A DNA stretch of 64,000 nucleotides. It comes from Lama glama (Eukaryota). The translations under genes and the position numbers were made by a program. Numbering within the stretch: the stretch's first letter is position 1; every line of letters begins with the position of its first letter. The DNA lies in the NCBI GenBank assembly GCA_028534125.1, contig CM052816.1, positions 75,084,001 to 75,148,000 on the forward strand, in the 5' to 3' direction. The notes beneath the pieces are model-generated. The model saw nothing but the letters and a program-made list of their open reading frames with translations, did no database searches and had not been told where the DNA came from. This document shows positions 12,254 through 26,543 of this stretch, piece after piece.

Positions 12254-12336
12254 ATTAGTTTGAACCAACTGTATGAAATTCCTGTGTCTTTAGGTCACAC
12301 ATGGTCACATGGCGGCAGTTTCATATGATTCTAATA
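12254..12336. mobile_element. MADE2-like mariner MITE
   Basis: attagtttgaacc...tatgaaatt...taggtc...atggtc...cggcagtttcatatgattctaata. About 80 bp with imperfect terminal inverted repeats. Confidence 0.75.
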
Positions 12337-13399
12337 CATTTTTCTCAGTGACCCAATGGAAGGTAGAGGTTGTTAGTGCAGAACATAACTTGCCCTTGGA
12401 TTTTTCACTATTGTACTTATTCTGTTTCTGGATACTGTACAGGACTAGGAGCACCAGTGCTTAGTTGTGTTTGATACAGTCAATTAAATAAGTTATTTGT
12501 GCTGTGATAATACTTAACCATGTTAAGTAAAAGCAAAGTCCCTTATAACTGTCCTGGCACGTTTTCTCAGACTCCATGGATGTCTTCTGTAGGAGGCCTG
12601 ATAAAACAAGGTAAACTCACCTAGCCAGGTTATTTGATGTTTGTTTTCATCTCTGCAGAATTATGAATAGACTCTATGAAAACTGAAACTACAGCCTCAA
12701 AACACAGCTAAGAATAACACAGTTTTTCTCTTGCTGTCTGTTTAATTAGTCCAGCAAACAGAGAAGCATGTCAGTCTGACCTTGTGCATAGAAGTTAACC
12801 TACCCAAAGTGCCTCATTCATAACCAAAAGAAACAGTCACACATTGACTGGACCTTAGGAAAAGAAAATATGAAAGTTTTATGCTTTTAACTATGCACTT
12901 AATAAATGCTTATTAATTTCCCACACTAAAGTGAAGTTAATAACGTACAATCAATTTTATGCTCTGGGATTTTTTTGTTTACTTGGAGTGGCGAGGTTTC
13001 TAAAATGAATTATGGGGACACTATTGAATGGTATTTATACTTTTACAAAAAGAGAATCAGTGTAGTTAATAGCTAGGAACAAGACATTTTTCCTATTTGA
13101 CATTAACTGATTTCTTTAGCGCACAGGTACTGATTAATCAGAATAGATATAATCGATCAGAACACATGGCAGTCATAGCTGGATAGAGCTAGGTCTTGGA
13201 GGCTTGCTATTGTGTTTTAAGTTTCTAGATGGTGGTGGTGGGTAGGGTGGAGGGGTTGGTTAGAGGGAGGATAAGATGCCTCTCATGAGGAAGAATTTCA
13301 GTTAAAAGTACCTTTATGGCCTTGTCACTACTTGCCAGTGGAACATCAGCTGCGATCCTGATGCAGGTCACATGGCAGATTTTACAGTGGGGACAAGCA

Positions 13400-14560
13400 G
13401 GAATGCTTTGAGAGCACCTGAGAGAGGTCCCTAATCTGATCTGGTTGATGGGGTGGCGCAGAGGTATGCAGATGCTTCCTGGGAGAGGTTGTCATGATTT
13501 GACATGTAAAAGTTGAGCTGGAGTACACTTGATAGAGTGAGAGTGGGACCTTAGAGCCTAGTGTGAAGCCTTACTTAGAGCACATACTGCAGACAAGCAA
13601 CTCACAATTCCTGGCATAGAAATGGGAACCGGGGTTTTAGGAAGTGAGGAGGGTCAAGGCTAGGTCGTCACAGGCTTTGTATGCCAGACTGAGGGAGGTG
13701 CTTGGACTTTATCCTGAAGCACTGGGGAATGGGTGAAAAGTTTTAAGCAGAGGAATGACATATAATGTTCATTTTAGGGAAATTACTTTTGTGGTTGTGG
13801 GTTGGAAAGATATGAGAGGGACAGGGCTGGACACATTTTGACTAGTAGGGATGTTGTTACAGCACTCTAGGAAGAAATCATAGGATCTTAGCCAGGGTGA
13901 GGAAAAGTCAAGTTCAAGACATTGGGGAAATCAGAGTTCTTCATGATTGAATGACTCACTGACTGTACATAGATAATGAAGGAGAGGCAGGAGATAAGGA
14001 AGTTCATGATTTGGGCTTTGAGTGGTTGGTTGGCCGCTAGCTGAAACAGGAAATTGGTAGGCAGATGAAATTTGCCTTGGTAAAGATGCTTAATTTGCTT
14101 TGCACCATGCTGAGTTGAGGCATGAATGATTAACATAATATAATATAAGTTTTTGTTTCTCACTCACATGGACCCAAAATGAGTATCCTTGATAAGCAGA
14201 CAGCTGTCTTCTGTGCAGTTAATTCAGGGATTGAGATTCCTCCCATCCTGTGGTTCCATTATTTTCAACATGTAGTTTGAAGAAAGGGGAAGAATGTGAA
14301 ACATTGTTCAAGGTAGCAGGTACTGTACCATGAAAGCCCATGAGTGTAGAGAGCTTCAAGAAGTTGGTAGAACACAGTGTAAAATGTAGTAGAAAGGTCC
14401 AGGGATGTAGTAAAGTAAACCCACAAAGTGTCTACTGAATCAAATGATTAAATATTAGAGATTGGATTGAGCAGTTCTCAGTTCAGGGGGATGGTCAAGG
14501 CAGAAACCAGACTAAAATGTCTTGAAGAATCTGCAGAGAGGAGCTGTAGAAAGGGGGAGG
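13400..14560 (-). mobile_element. L2 LINE fragments
   Basis: ttggactttatcctgaagcactggggaa...ttttaagcagaggaatgacat and further purine-rich antisense L2 motifs. Boundaries approximate. Confidence 0.65.
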
Positions 14561-16444
14561 GTGGAGGAACTGGAGCAAGGGGGTGATTGATGAAACAAGA
14601 TCTCCAAGAGAACAGGAACAAGAGAGCTTACTAAAATGAAGTTTTGAGTTTATTCGAAAGTACTGCTTTTTTGAGGCACTTTCTTTTTAGTCCATATTAT
14701 GATGATAACTGATACTTGTTATAAGCAATTTTGTTAACTTACTTAGCAATAGAGACTATCGGTGTTTTTCTAGTTACGTATTAATTGGCTTACATAATCA
14801 ATTTACCTGTCCTGGCAAATACAATTTATCTTTGAAAGGAAAAGCACATTTTTCTTGGTTTTGAATACAAAATATAACAGAAAAGAGAAGTCTGCTGTAC
14901 CTTTGTTATAGCTTAGTTTTTTGCTAAACTAAGACAAATTGTAAATATTTTATAACCTTTCTCTTTGTGTTTAAACCAATGTCAATATTATGTTTTTTAC
15001 TTTCCCTCTCTCCTGCTCTTCAGCTGGGAACATGCTCAGAGGCCCTTTTCTTTCCTAGAGCATTTTTTAATAATGGGGAAGTGAGACAGAAACAAAGAGG
15101 CTTACATTTGGATTGTGGTGGGTACTTACTGTTCTGGTGTTTAATATTGAACAACAAGCCCTAGTTTTATTAAAAAATCACTCCACAGCTATCTTTCCCT
15201 TTTTATTCCAGTTGATTCACATTTTCCAGTGGGGCAGATAGCATTAGTTTAAAATGCTTTAAAAATTGTTTCTACAGATTGTACATTGTTTCTCTCCTAA
15301 GAGCAAAATATTTAGAAGTAACAAATCTGCAAATAAGTCATTACTATTTATATGCTAATGATAAAGGTGAGGGCAAGGATCATTTTCAGTATGTTTTATA
15401 TTCTATTTTACATGGCATTTCACAGAACTGTTCAAATGTATTCATTTTATCACCAAAGGTTACATTTAAAACTTGAATTACTATGTCTTTGGGAGTCTAA
15501 TATTTGTACTTTGATGCATTGAGGTTTTTTAATGTTATTGCATTATTAACAGAATTTCTTTCACTTTCTTTAAAATTCCTATGTTAAGAAATAGGATCAA
15601 GGTAAATAAAACATATTTAAAATGTTGATTTTGGTTTAAGTATATTTTCTGGAAATAAGGTAGATAATCATACTCATCTTTTATTCCTAATACCTACCTT
15701 GATTTCTGCTTCCTAATAGACCCTGTATATATTTGTGAATGGAGAATAACACTTGAGTGGGTATCTTTTTTAAAAAGTTTTGCAACTGTCATAATAGAGC
15801 ATGCAACATTCTAGTTTATTTTGTTGCAGTATTCTTTCTGTACTTGGTATCAGAGTCAGTCCTTAACTGCAAAAAAGATGAGTTGGCTGTGAAATGAGTA
15901 TCCAGCAATCATTTCTCCATTATCTAGGTAGAATACATTTCAGAACGAAAGTTGCCCCATTCAAGAAGTGTATGTTTGCTGATGAGATTTTAAAGAAAGC
16001 CACACATTGTGTCACCCTGGCCCAGTGCTTCAATCACGCCCAGAATCTCTTCTTCATTACAGGCCTATTTTTCTCCAAGTGTCACTTTCCCTCTTGCCAT
16101 TTATTTAAAGGTATATTTTTAGCTCCTTAATAGCTCTGTTTTATCAGCTTTTTGTTTTGTATGTTGAATAAGACTTTGGATTTGGGCAGGGAGATGAAGA
16201 TGGAGGTGAGATCTGTATCTCATTTCTATAAAATGTCAAGCATGTATTGGACATTTGGATAGAGAGGTAAATTACAGTGCCTAGCACAATATCCAACATA
16301 GTCACCTCCCTCAAGGAATGGTAGTATAATATTTCCTTAAAAGGCCTGCTCAGCACCCCCTCCCATTGCATATCTGTAACAATTCTAATTCTATACAAAA
16401 TTCTGTCCCTTCCTTTGAACTCATTGGGGCACCATATCATTGTA

Positions 16445-16800
16445 TTTGTCCCACTAGCTGCTGTAACAAATAAGCCCCCTCAATTTCAGTGATTTAGCAC
16501 CCTGTATGTTTTTCCCTCATATTGAATGGTGCAATACGTTTCTGAGTTAGTAGGCTCTGCCACACCTGGTCCTTTTAGGGACCAGGCTGCGGGAATCTGT
16601 GAGATTACCTTGGATGTTAGTGTCCAGATTGCAGAAGGCAAAGGAGAATGAAGAATTACACGTGAGATGTTTTTATGGGCCAGAACTTGAGAACCACAGG
16701 TATCACCTTCCTCTCTTCCATTGTCTAGAACTCAGGCACATGGCTACCATAACTACAGCAGAGAACTGGGAAATGCCAGTAGTTGGGACCCATCAGAATG
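16445..16800 (-). mobile_element. MaLR solo LTR (old MLT1J/K-like)
   Basis: ctagctgctgtaacaaataagcccc...tttcagtgatttagcac...ccattgtctagaactcaggcacatggc...ctgggaaatg. Confidence 0.7.
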
Positions 16801-17619
16801 CCTGCTAAGCTGAGTGGAAAGGATGAATTTTCCACTTGCTTCAGAGAGTATGTCTTCTATAGCCCTCTTTATTTCTACTGATATAGATAGAATAAATTGC
16901 CTTCCCTTAGTAATTGATTATGTTTCAGACATCACTTGGGGATTGAAATGGAAGGAAATATTTTATTTTCTTTGTCTAATACAATGAACTTACTTTAAAA
17001 GACAAACACCAAATATTGGAAGATTTTCCTGTTAACCTGCTAGGAATGCTTTTTATTAGGAGATACTGCTGTTTTCTTTCCCATCTGGCAGACTTTCTTT
17101 GTGAAACTCTTCCTCTGTGAAATCCCTGGAGCCTCTTCCTCTCATTCCTGCCTCCCCAGACACAGCTAGCCATTACATCCTCAGTGCTCTGCTGGAGCTG
17201 GAACACACCTATGTTAGTTGAAAGCATTTGTACACTCATTCATACATTTCACTCAAGCAGCTATAGTGAAAAGAAAAAGGAAAAGAAAGACAACAATGCA
17301 AAAAAGAAAAGGAAAAAGTTGAAAAACACTGTGATAGAATTACTTACTGAATAGTGCAAGGACACAGGGAAACAGCATTTAGCTCTACCTCGGGGATGAG
17401 GGAGGGGTGGGGAATGCTGCTTTTAGAGGGAGGAAGTTTGGTTCAAGTCTCTAGTTCCTCATGGATGCTTTATGTGGAAAAGTTTATATGGAAAAGAAGC
17501 CTGTCTTGATAATCTCTAATTCCAGTACCCAGTACAATACCAGGCTCATGTTAGACAGCCAGTAAACTGAATTGACTGAAAACATAAGTCAATAAATTTA
17601 TAAACTTTATTCACTCCAC

Positions 17620-17775
17620 ATTGTTTATAAATTATCTCATCCATTCTCTTCACAACAGCTTTATGACAGGGCAAATATTCTTATTCCTGGTTTATGGATA
17701 AAGAGCCTAAATTAAGAGAGATTTGGTGTTTTGCTAATGTCACACAGGGGGTTAACAGAATTAGATCTCTAATCT
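17620..17775 (-). mobile_element. MIR SINE fragment
   Basis: attatctcatccattctcttcacaacagc...tttatggataaagagcctaa...gtcacacag. Confidence 0.55.
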
Positions 17776-19795
17776 TGTGTATTTTTCACTCTTGGGAACA
17801 AATATTTAACTATCAAAATAGTGCTTTGAAATGTGTAGCATGTGCTTTGAGGACAAGACATTAGATCACTTGAATCTCATTGAGTGATGAAGGCTGTTCA
17901 TTTTCATTGAGTCTAGGGATAAAGTTCGTTTTAACAGAAACAAAGAGTTGGTTCTTCCAAAATGTTTTATAGCTCTTTATACTCCTGCCAGCACAGTGTT
18001 TTGTACCCAGCTGGTGCCCTGTAAATATTTCTTAAATAACTGATGATTTAAAATGTGTAAATCAGATTCACCTAAAATGGACAAGCTTCCTGTTAGAGGC
18101 TGTTGTCAGCTTTTACCTGTAATCATTGTGACACATGGGACAAAATTTACCTGTGGTATATGCTAATTCAAGGATTTTTTTTTTAATTCAAGGAATTTTT
18201 AACAGGCTTGCTTGGTTTCTTTTTTTTCTTTCTTTTTGGCTTCCTCATTCTTCTGGCACTTAAATTCTTAGTCTGCCCAAGGACACTGTCTGTGGAAGCT
18301 GAGACTGGCTGGATGTTCTTACCACAGCAGGTTGAGACGTTCTAAAATGGCCTAGTCAGTGTCTTTTGATGCTTTAAAAATCTCTAACTTCCGTAGTATT
18401 GGAGTTTATGATAGACATTCATTGCTTCCATCGCTAACTTGTCCATATCTTGTACCATAAACTATCAGTATTAAGAAATATTTCTCTACAGAAATATTAT
18501 GACAAGGTGCCTAACTTATTAAAGTTGCAGAAAACTAAGGATGATGATATGGCTTATAGAACTATAAAATTATTCCACATGGATATTCTGCTGCAGTGCC
18601 AACTTCATATCTAAAGACAGACTCATTTTGTACCTCCCACTCCTTTTTGCTGCCCTTCTCCCCCAACTCTTTCCTCCCAGCCATTGCCAGCTGCTTTCCA
18701 TGTCGTTTAGTGTTAGGCTCCAAACCACGAAGATATATATCCTGACCACTTGCTTCTTTCTTTCATACTGCCCATCTAATTCATGTTTGTGCGGTGTTGC
18801 ACTGACCTCTAAAATGTTTCTGAAATCAGGGTTTTAAAGCCAGATATGAGTGCATTGCTAATCTCCTTATGAAATTATGGGAAAGGAGCTAAGAGCCCTG
18901 TAAGACTTTACAGTCAAATCATCGAGAGGACTTGGATTAAAAAATAAATTAAATTTTCAGGAGGTTTCAATGTCAAAAACCTTTCTCTTCAGTCTACTTG
19001 ACTAAGGATTTATTTCATCATCTCTGGACACACTTGCTTTTTCCAAAACTCTGTAACCAGGAGACAGACTAGACAGAAGGAATTATTCAGAGTGCATGGC
19101 ACATAGAAGTTGGTTGGTCCATGTTTAATGAATGAGGAGATGGACAGATGAACAAAAATAGAATGGTATTGCTGAGAGGACCCTGAACTCTGCTTCTATT
19201 TTCTGTCTTTGCTTAACAGAAATATATTTTTTATTTTGTTTTGGTTTATTTTTCTAAAAGCAAGATAAATGCCAAGTTATAGAAAGACACGTGCACCTTT
19301 CATATTAGTCATTACTAGGGAAACACCATTAATGCCTTAGTTTATTACCTAATGGCATTTTAATCTGCAAGAAATCCAAGAGAGTGCTTTAGAAAGTGTC
19401 TGTGATTGAAGACTCAGTGGTGCCAATTACATGTTTAAAAAGGGAGAAATAGATGTCAGGGGTATGTAAATTTCAATCTGATATTATTGTAATGATTGTA
19501 ATAATTGTGCCCAGAATTCTAGAAAGATTCTTAAGATTTTTTCTTATCCACTGATTGTCTTAATTCTAATAAATCATCGACAAAAGTAACGTTAGCCACA
19601 CTTAATAAATGTGACATTGTAATAATACTTATCCCAAACTTATCCTTCAACCATAGAATAATAGAACAACAGGATATTAAGGTCAGGAAGCTCAAGTGCT
19701 AAGCAATAAGGTCAGTGAGTTTTTCTCATTAATTATTCCAGCAACTTGTTGCAAGTTGGTTTTGGTCCACCACATACTAAAAAGATGAGAGATAG

Positions 19796-19993
<198 letters not shown>

Positions 19994-20554
19994 TAGTTTT
20001 GTCTCTGGATCATTCAAGGTACATTTTAGAGAGAAAGGTTACAAATAAAGGCCATTATTCATTATCATTCAGCTAAATGGTTGTTTAAGTTCAAAGCAAA
20101 CATCAGGTCGTTCTTTGATCATTGTCTTGCATGTGCATGAAAAGTAAAAGCTATAATGTCTTCAAAAGCAGTGAAAAGATGTCAGGGCAGATGTGTTGAT
20201 TCAGGTTTCAAGGTAAGTACATTGGTTGCTGTCTCTGTGCAAAGTGAAAAACACAACAGAATACGGATTTTGAACAGCAGTTATTTTCAAATGGAAGTAT
20301 GGCCACTTAGCAAGGCTGTGGAGATGCCATTTTGAGAAGGTGTAGAAAACGATGGACTTGGTGATAGCAAATGTCCTTATTCTGAAAAATAATATACTTT
20401 TATTTTAACAAATTATTGAATGCCTGTTATGTGCTGGACACTGCTTGGGATTTGGCAATGACCAAACCCAGACAAAAATCATAGACCTCATGGAGCTTAC
20501 ATTTGATGATGGTGGTGGTGGTGTTGATGACGATATGACGATACGGTGGCTTCC

Positions 20555-20755
20555 ATTCACTGTGCTTCCTGTGCACCAGCAGTGCCCTGAGCACTCTGTG
20601 TCTTTGTGTGTACAAGCCCATGAACTTGACTTGGGTATTTTTTATGGTTCCAGAAACAGAGCTTCAGAGAAGTTAAGTAACTTGCCTCAGGTCACGTAAC
20701 TAGTGGAACAGAGATTAGACCTGCATATCTCTGACTCCACAGCCCAGTCTTCTAA
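20555..20755 (-). mobile_element. MIR SINE
   Basis: agaaacagagcttcagagaagttaagtaacttgcctcaggtcacgtaactagt...tctctgactcca. Confidence 0.7.
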
Positions 20756-23700
20756 ATACAGAGCCATCAATATGATTTCCTTCCTTATTCCAGCTCCTTG
20801 TCTTTGAACCAACGGAGCTTAATTGCCTTCCTGACCTGAATCCTTGGGCTTCTGGTGATTTGCAAACTTGACATTGGGTAGCAGGTACCCTCTTCACTCT
20901 CTGTACCCTTTGTCCGTTCTCCTTTATAATTCTTGTTTTGAAATAGAAGCTACCTGTTCTCACCTTGAGACCTGCTATTTTGAGTGGGAGTGGTAGTTCC
21001 TTTGCCCTTTTGTGTTTAGTGATGCAGCCTTGTGGGAGAGCGTGGAGCTGTAAGATTTGCATCTGACTTGCTCCCCATGGGGAGTTCTGTCACAGAAGGA
21101 TGTGTACCATGAAACAGTTTCATTGTGAAAACTGTAATAAATATGAAATTATCATAAATTGCTTTGTAAACAGTGAGAAGTGAGCAATGAAGCATAAATA
21201 TGGAACAATAGAAATGAAACCAACACAGGTGACTTCTGAGAGATGCCTTGCAAGAGCATCCAAAATACTTCATTTCCAAGGCAAAAGGATGCCAAGCATG
21301 CAAATCAAATCCAAATCTTTTCCGGAACATAATGTCTATTTGGAGAAAACTCTTTCTGAATTCCCTTTTGTTGTTACTTTAATGTTGACGCATAGGCACC
21401 GAAGTCCGACTCATTTCAGATTATTTTAGTGCATTTGTTTTCAAAACATTGGGCCTGTATTTAGCAAATTCTCTCTCTCTCTCTCCTTTTCTCCCCAAAG
21501 TGCTTTCTTTCTCCTCAGCTGGAGTTTCTGATAGAGGAAAAATGGTGCTTCAAACTTCTGATTAGAAATCCCTTATTAAAGCTTTTCATGGAAGCAAGAA
21601 AATGTTTTCTAGCATTTCTTCTTTTTCTTCTCTCAGTGGAGAAATTGGCATTGAGTTTTAGACCAGAACTGAAGCTGAATGTTTTCCCTAGATACTTTCA
21701 TTTGAACAAACTAACAAAAAATATATTCGTGATTAAAATAATGATAGTGATTTGTTCACACTTAATAGTTGGCCTTGAAAACTAACCAACAGAAGTGTGT
21801 TTTCTTGCCATCTTCACTTTTCACCTGTGGTCCCAGAATGTATGGTTGCTACTGTCTGTTGTCCACCTGGGCTCATTGCTACTGGCCCAGCTCAAGGGAT
21901 CATGGGACCCCGCCACTTCTTTCCTGCATCTTTTTTTCTGCCTAAAGGCTGGTAGTGGTTGGAAAGAAGATAGAGAGGAGAAGTGTTTCACTCCCGGGGG
22001 CCAGGTAACTTCTGCTGCCTTATAGTCAAGTGCACAGCTTAGGGGGCGAATCCCTAGAGTTTTCTAAGACGCAGGAGTGGGAGGTTTGCAATGAAGGTTT
22101 AAAACATGAGAAAAGAAATGTAATCCTCTATTTTTGTGCTGCTAATTTTTTTTTTCAGTAACTGGGTGGAGCTGTCACCTGGTCTTCAGGTGCAGCTTTC
22201 TTTTTGCTCCTTTTCTCCATCTGTAGGGTTATGGAGGCAGGTTACTTGTAAATGCAGCATTACCTGACCTTTAAAACTGTTGTTTTAATCAGACAAAGGA
22301 AACTCTTTCCTTGCAAGTCTTTGCAACCAGCCAGTAGCATCTGGTATTTGGAACCGGGCTGCCTACAAATGCTGCTCTAGAGTAAGCACCAGAACATTTC
22401 CCTTGCCTCAAACTGCTTCTGGAGACGAATGGCAGGCACTGGTGTCAAACTAGCTCTGTAGCGCGATTCTCATTTAAGCTTAGACAGCAGGCTTCCAAGT
22501 AAAATTGCAAAGTAGGCAAAAATTTTGGTGTTGAGCCACGTTGTTTCTTAAACTTCTTCTCTTGGCATGTCCTTCTTTTGTCTTCTAAATGTGGGGAGAA
22601 ATGAAGGGAAGGTATAGGAGTTTGAGTCCTTACTAGGTGTAAGGCCCTGGGCATGGCATTGTATGTACTGAATCTGTTAGCCTCTCAGGGACCATTTGGG
22701 ATGTAGGCAGGTAAGAAACGTGTCCTGGTAAGTGGCAGAGCCAGGAGTTTCACTCAGTTAGGACCAGCCCGTGTTTATCATACCATACCACGCTGCATCC
22801 TCACCAAAGCTACCTCTGCACCCCCAGCCCACACCTGCCCTTTTCTGGAAGCTTCACATTTCAGAATTACCTCTTTCTCTTTTTTCATTTTGCCTGGTCA
22901 AAGCTCTCCTTGCTTTGGTGAAATAGATATCAGCAAAATATTTAAAAGAAAACAGTCTAAGAATCCAGTTGTGCCCGTTAGTACCATCTCACCTTCTTCC
23001 CTGTTGTATTAGAATCTGCCCAGGTTTTAGCTGGACGCAAGGTAGCGCAGTGACTGACTGCATTTCCCAGACTCCCCAGCACATAGATGCACCCGTGTGA
23101 CCAAGTTTGAGTCAATGGGATTTGAGCATTTGCAGTGTGTCTGATTTCTGGGTCATGTCCTCAAAGATAAAGCCGATTTCACTGGACTTTCTTTGTCCCC
23201 TTTCTGGCCTTCTGAGAAAGCCGTTAATTGCAGCAGCAGCCTTGGGCCCAAAGTTGTAAACCATCTGCCGAGGCTTGTGGAGCTGCCCTACCAACCGGGG
23301 TCCCTAGATGCCCCATCCTCTTCTTTATCGGTTCTTGCCAGGACTCCTCCTAACTCCACCCTTGGGCCCTCTGCTCTTCCCACCCTCTGACCTTTCTTGG
23401 GCACTATCTAAATTTTTGGCATCCACTAGTATTTTTCACTCAATGGCTCCCTAATCCTTATTTCCACACTGAAAGTCTCTAATGAGCTCTAGAACTGCAT
23501 TTCTTCCCTGTTAGACCACTCCTCAACTCCACCTGCAACACAAATACAAGTGAAATCATCACCATTTCCCCTAAAGAGCCTCTTCCACCTGCTTAGCCCA
23601 GCTGGAGAAGTGATGATCCCAGCCCCCACCTGGAAAGGCACCCATGGAATGTCTGCCCCTACCCCTACACCTGGCATCTTACATACTGAGTCCACAGTAC

Positions 23701-24241
23701 CCCTGTAACCTGCTCCACCTTGTGTATTTCTGCCAGTTTAGATCTTTGTCACATCCACATGCATCACTGTTGCAGCATCCCAAAGGCCCCCTTGCTGTCA
23801 GATAAGCCTCCTTCCTGGTAATCAGGCACACCACTGCCAGGGTGACTGTCTAAAACTAAAGCTGGACTGATTGAGGTCCACATTACTTAGTTCACTTTCA
23901 CCCACCAGCCTTTTGTCGTCAGCTCCCCAGCAGCCAACCTCATCCTTGTTTCTAGGGCTTCAGTTCTGCTAAGATCTCCACAAGTGCATCATGTTGTTTC
24001 CTGTTCTTAGGTGTTTCCACATTCTGTTCCCTTTCCCTTTTTATGTGGCTCACTCCTACCTCCACACAATCACATATAAATAAGCCAAACTTTTATGAAT
24101 CTGCTGGCTTAGCACCTTCCATCCTCTAGACATTATGAATGACCAAATGAATATTCTTTGATACTTTGTCCTGAAATTTGGTAGAATTATCTTATGTGAG
24201 TATGTCAGTTTACTTGTTTATGCAGGCATCAAATATTTATT

Positions 24242-24390
24242 CTCTTCCTACTTTTTTTTTTCTTTTTGGCTGGGGGAGGGAGGTAATTAGGTTTATTTAC
24301 TTATTTTTAGAGGAGGTACTGGGGATTGAACCCAGGACCTTGTGCATGCTAATAAGCATGTGCTCTACCACTTGAGCTATACCATCCCCC
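24242..24390 (-). mobile_element. Camelid tRNA-derived SINE (vic-1-like), inserted into an L2 tail
   Basis: Reverse complement reads ggggatggtatagctcaagtggtagagcacatgc...ggtcctgggttcaatccccagtacctcc (Pol III A/B boxes). TSD aatatttatt at 24232-24241 and 24393-24402. Confidence 0.9.
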
Positions 24391-24789
24391 TGAATATTTA
24401 TTGAGGGCTTACTATGTGCCAGGCACTATGATCAGACCTGAGGACATAAAAAATGGAAAGGTGAGGTTCTTCCTTTAAGCAGCTCAGGGTCTCTTGAGGA
24501 TAGAGTCATAGAAACCAGTACTTAAAATAGAAGAGTGTACAAAACAGACTGCACAGAGTTGGGCACCCAGTTCCTCTCTTGGGGAGCTTCCCATGGGATG
24601 TGGCATTTGCATGGATCTGAGGGATGGAGCAGAGTTTGAAGGGACCAGAGTGTTGCAGGTCCAGGGAATAGGCAATAGGGTGTAGGAGAGCAGAGCATGT
24701 TAAAGGATTTACAATTAGGTCCCTGTTGTCAGAGAGTAAAGGGAGAAGAGTTGGGTGGAAACACACATAGCCACACATACGCGCACACA

Positions 24790-25340
24790 CACACTAGGTC
24801 TCTTCTCCACACAGTGGAAAGAGTGATATTTTAAAAATATGAATCATGTTATATCCCTTTTTCCTGGGCTCAAGGACCCTCCGTGGCTTCCCATCTCATT
24901 TAGATTCATGTTCAAAGTCCTTATACATCGTCTCTAAAGCCCTCCCTGATTTGTCAACTTCAACCCCACTAATTCTCTGATTCCATCTGCTAGGATTCTC
25001 ACACTTGCCCACTGAGCTCCTGAAAGTTTTTGGAACGTTCCAAGCACCCTCCTGCCTTAGAGCCTTTGCATTTGTTATTCTCTATGACTCGAATGCTCTT
25101 CATCAGGTGTCTGCATGGCTCACTTCCTCGTTCCCTCAGATCTCAGCTCAGAATATCAGAGAAGCTTTCCCTGACTACTCTGTTAAGCAGAACAGAAGTC
25201 CGCCCCCTTCTGGTGCTTCTTCACCCAATTTCTTCACTAGAATATAAGTTCCACAGGGTGGGAGCTCTATCTGTCTTAACAACTAGAGAAAATCATATGC
25301 GATGCACATTAGAAATCAATAAATAATTGTTGAATTCATT
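24790..25340 (+). mobile_element. L2 LINE 3' fragment
   Basis: ccctccgtggcttcccatctcatttag...agagcctttgcatttgtt...ends aataaataattgttgaatt (L2 3' terminus). Confidence 0.75.
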
Positions 25341-26016
25341 AATTCTTCAAATAATAATGATATTTTCAATGTACAGAGCCCTTTTTACTTTTTCTAAGCA
25401 GTTACACATTTACTACCTCTATATTGTCATTGCAATACTCATGTGAGAGTAAGTCTTACTGTTTTCCTTCCAAAGACAAACAAACCAAATTCATTTAACC
25501 GTAGAGGTTAAATATTCTGATAAAAGTCAAGTCAAAAATTAAGAGCAAAAGCAAGCTGGAAATCCATGTATCCTGCCTCTGGACCTTCATTTCTGTTACC
25601 AAACTTTTGGGTCTGGCAAATACCATCGCCACTAACAAGATAAAGGAAAGTGTTTTGGTCTCAGCACTGTGTACTGGAAATGTGTTCCTAAGGGTATAAC
25701 TTTGTGCTCTGGCACAAAAGCAAGGAAGTTCAGTCATAGTTGTCATTTATTGGAAACAAGCAAAGCTTGGGTACCTACTTTTGAGAACATCAATGAGAAC
25801 TCTGTTTCTAAAACAGGTTTAGATTTTATTTTTATAACAGTAGGAGGTCTGGATTCATAATTATATCGTTATGAAATTGAGAATAAATCTTTGTGAATAA
25901 TATTTTGATTAAGTCCAATCCATGTCTGATAACAAAGATGTCATATAGCAATCTTGAATGCTGTTTTACCTTGTCTTTACTTTTTGTGCAGAGGAGTTAT
26001 AAAAAGTAAGTGAGAA

Positions 26017-26160
26017 GGGGGAGGGTAGAGCTCAGTGGTAGAGCGCATGCCTAGCATGCACGAGGTCCTGGGTTTAATCTCCAGTACCTCCATTAAAAAG
26101 TAAATAAAAAGAAATAAGCCAAATTACCTCCCCCCCAAAAATAAACAAAAATAAATAAAA
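26017..26160 (+). mobile_element. Camelid tRNA-derived SINE (vic-1-like)
   Basis: ggggagggtagagctcagtggtagagcgcatgcctagcatgcacgaggtcctgggtttaatctccagtacctcc, A-rich linker, aattacctccccccc, A-tail. Confidence 0.9.
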
Positions 26161-26543
26161 ATTTTTTTTAAAAAACCCTAATGTGTCTCTTCCTTTCAAA
26201 AAAATGTAAATATGATTTATTAATCCTATTTTGGACCAAACATGTTACCAAAAGCTAGCAAATATGAAAGATTTTTTTGAGAAATTCTTTCTGAGAAGCA
26301 TTCTTGAGACAATTTTCAGCAACATTGAAAAGTATCCCAAGATAAATAAAGTATTCCTTTTCAGGATAATTCATAACCAACATAGTTTCAGCTGGTTTAA
26401 TTCATAGAAACTGGTCAATATTTTTTCTTTTCTTTTTTTTTTTATTGTCTTGTAACTGCACATCTTTTTTTTTTTAATATTTTTTCATTTGTTAATGATA
26501 CAATTTTGTAGCTAGAACTGTTTGGGAAAAAAAAGTATTCTCA

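Noticed and set aside
22035..22050. CTCF site (cttagggggcga)
   Set aside because: Only the 3' half matches; the 5' CCAC core is absent.
26017..26090. tRNA gene (also at 24242-24390, 26544-26720 and 54731-54797)
   Set aside because: Each tRNA-like head is followed by the same non-tRNA linker, aattacctccccc segment and A-tail, two with clear TSDs; these are SINEs.
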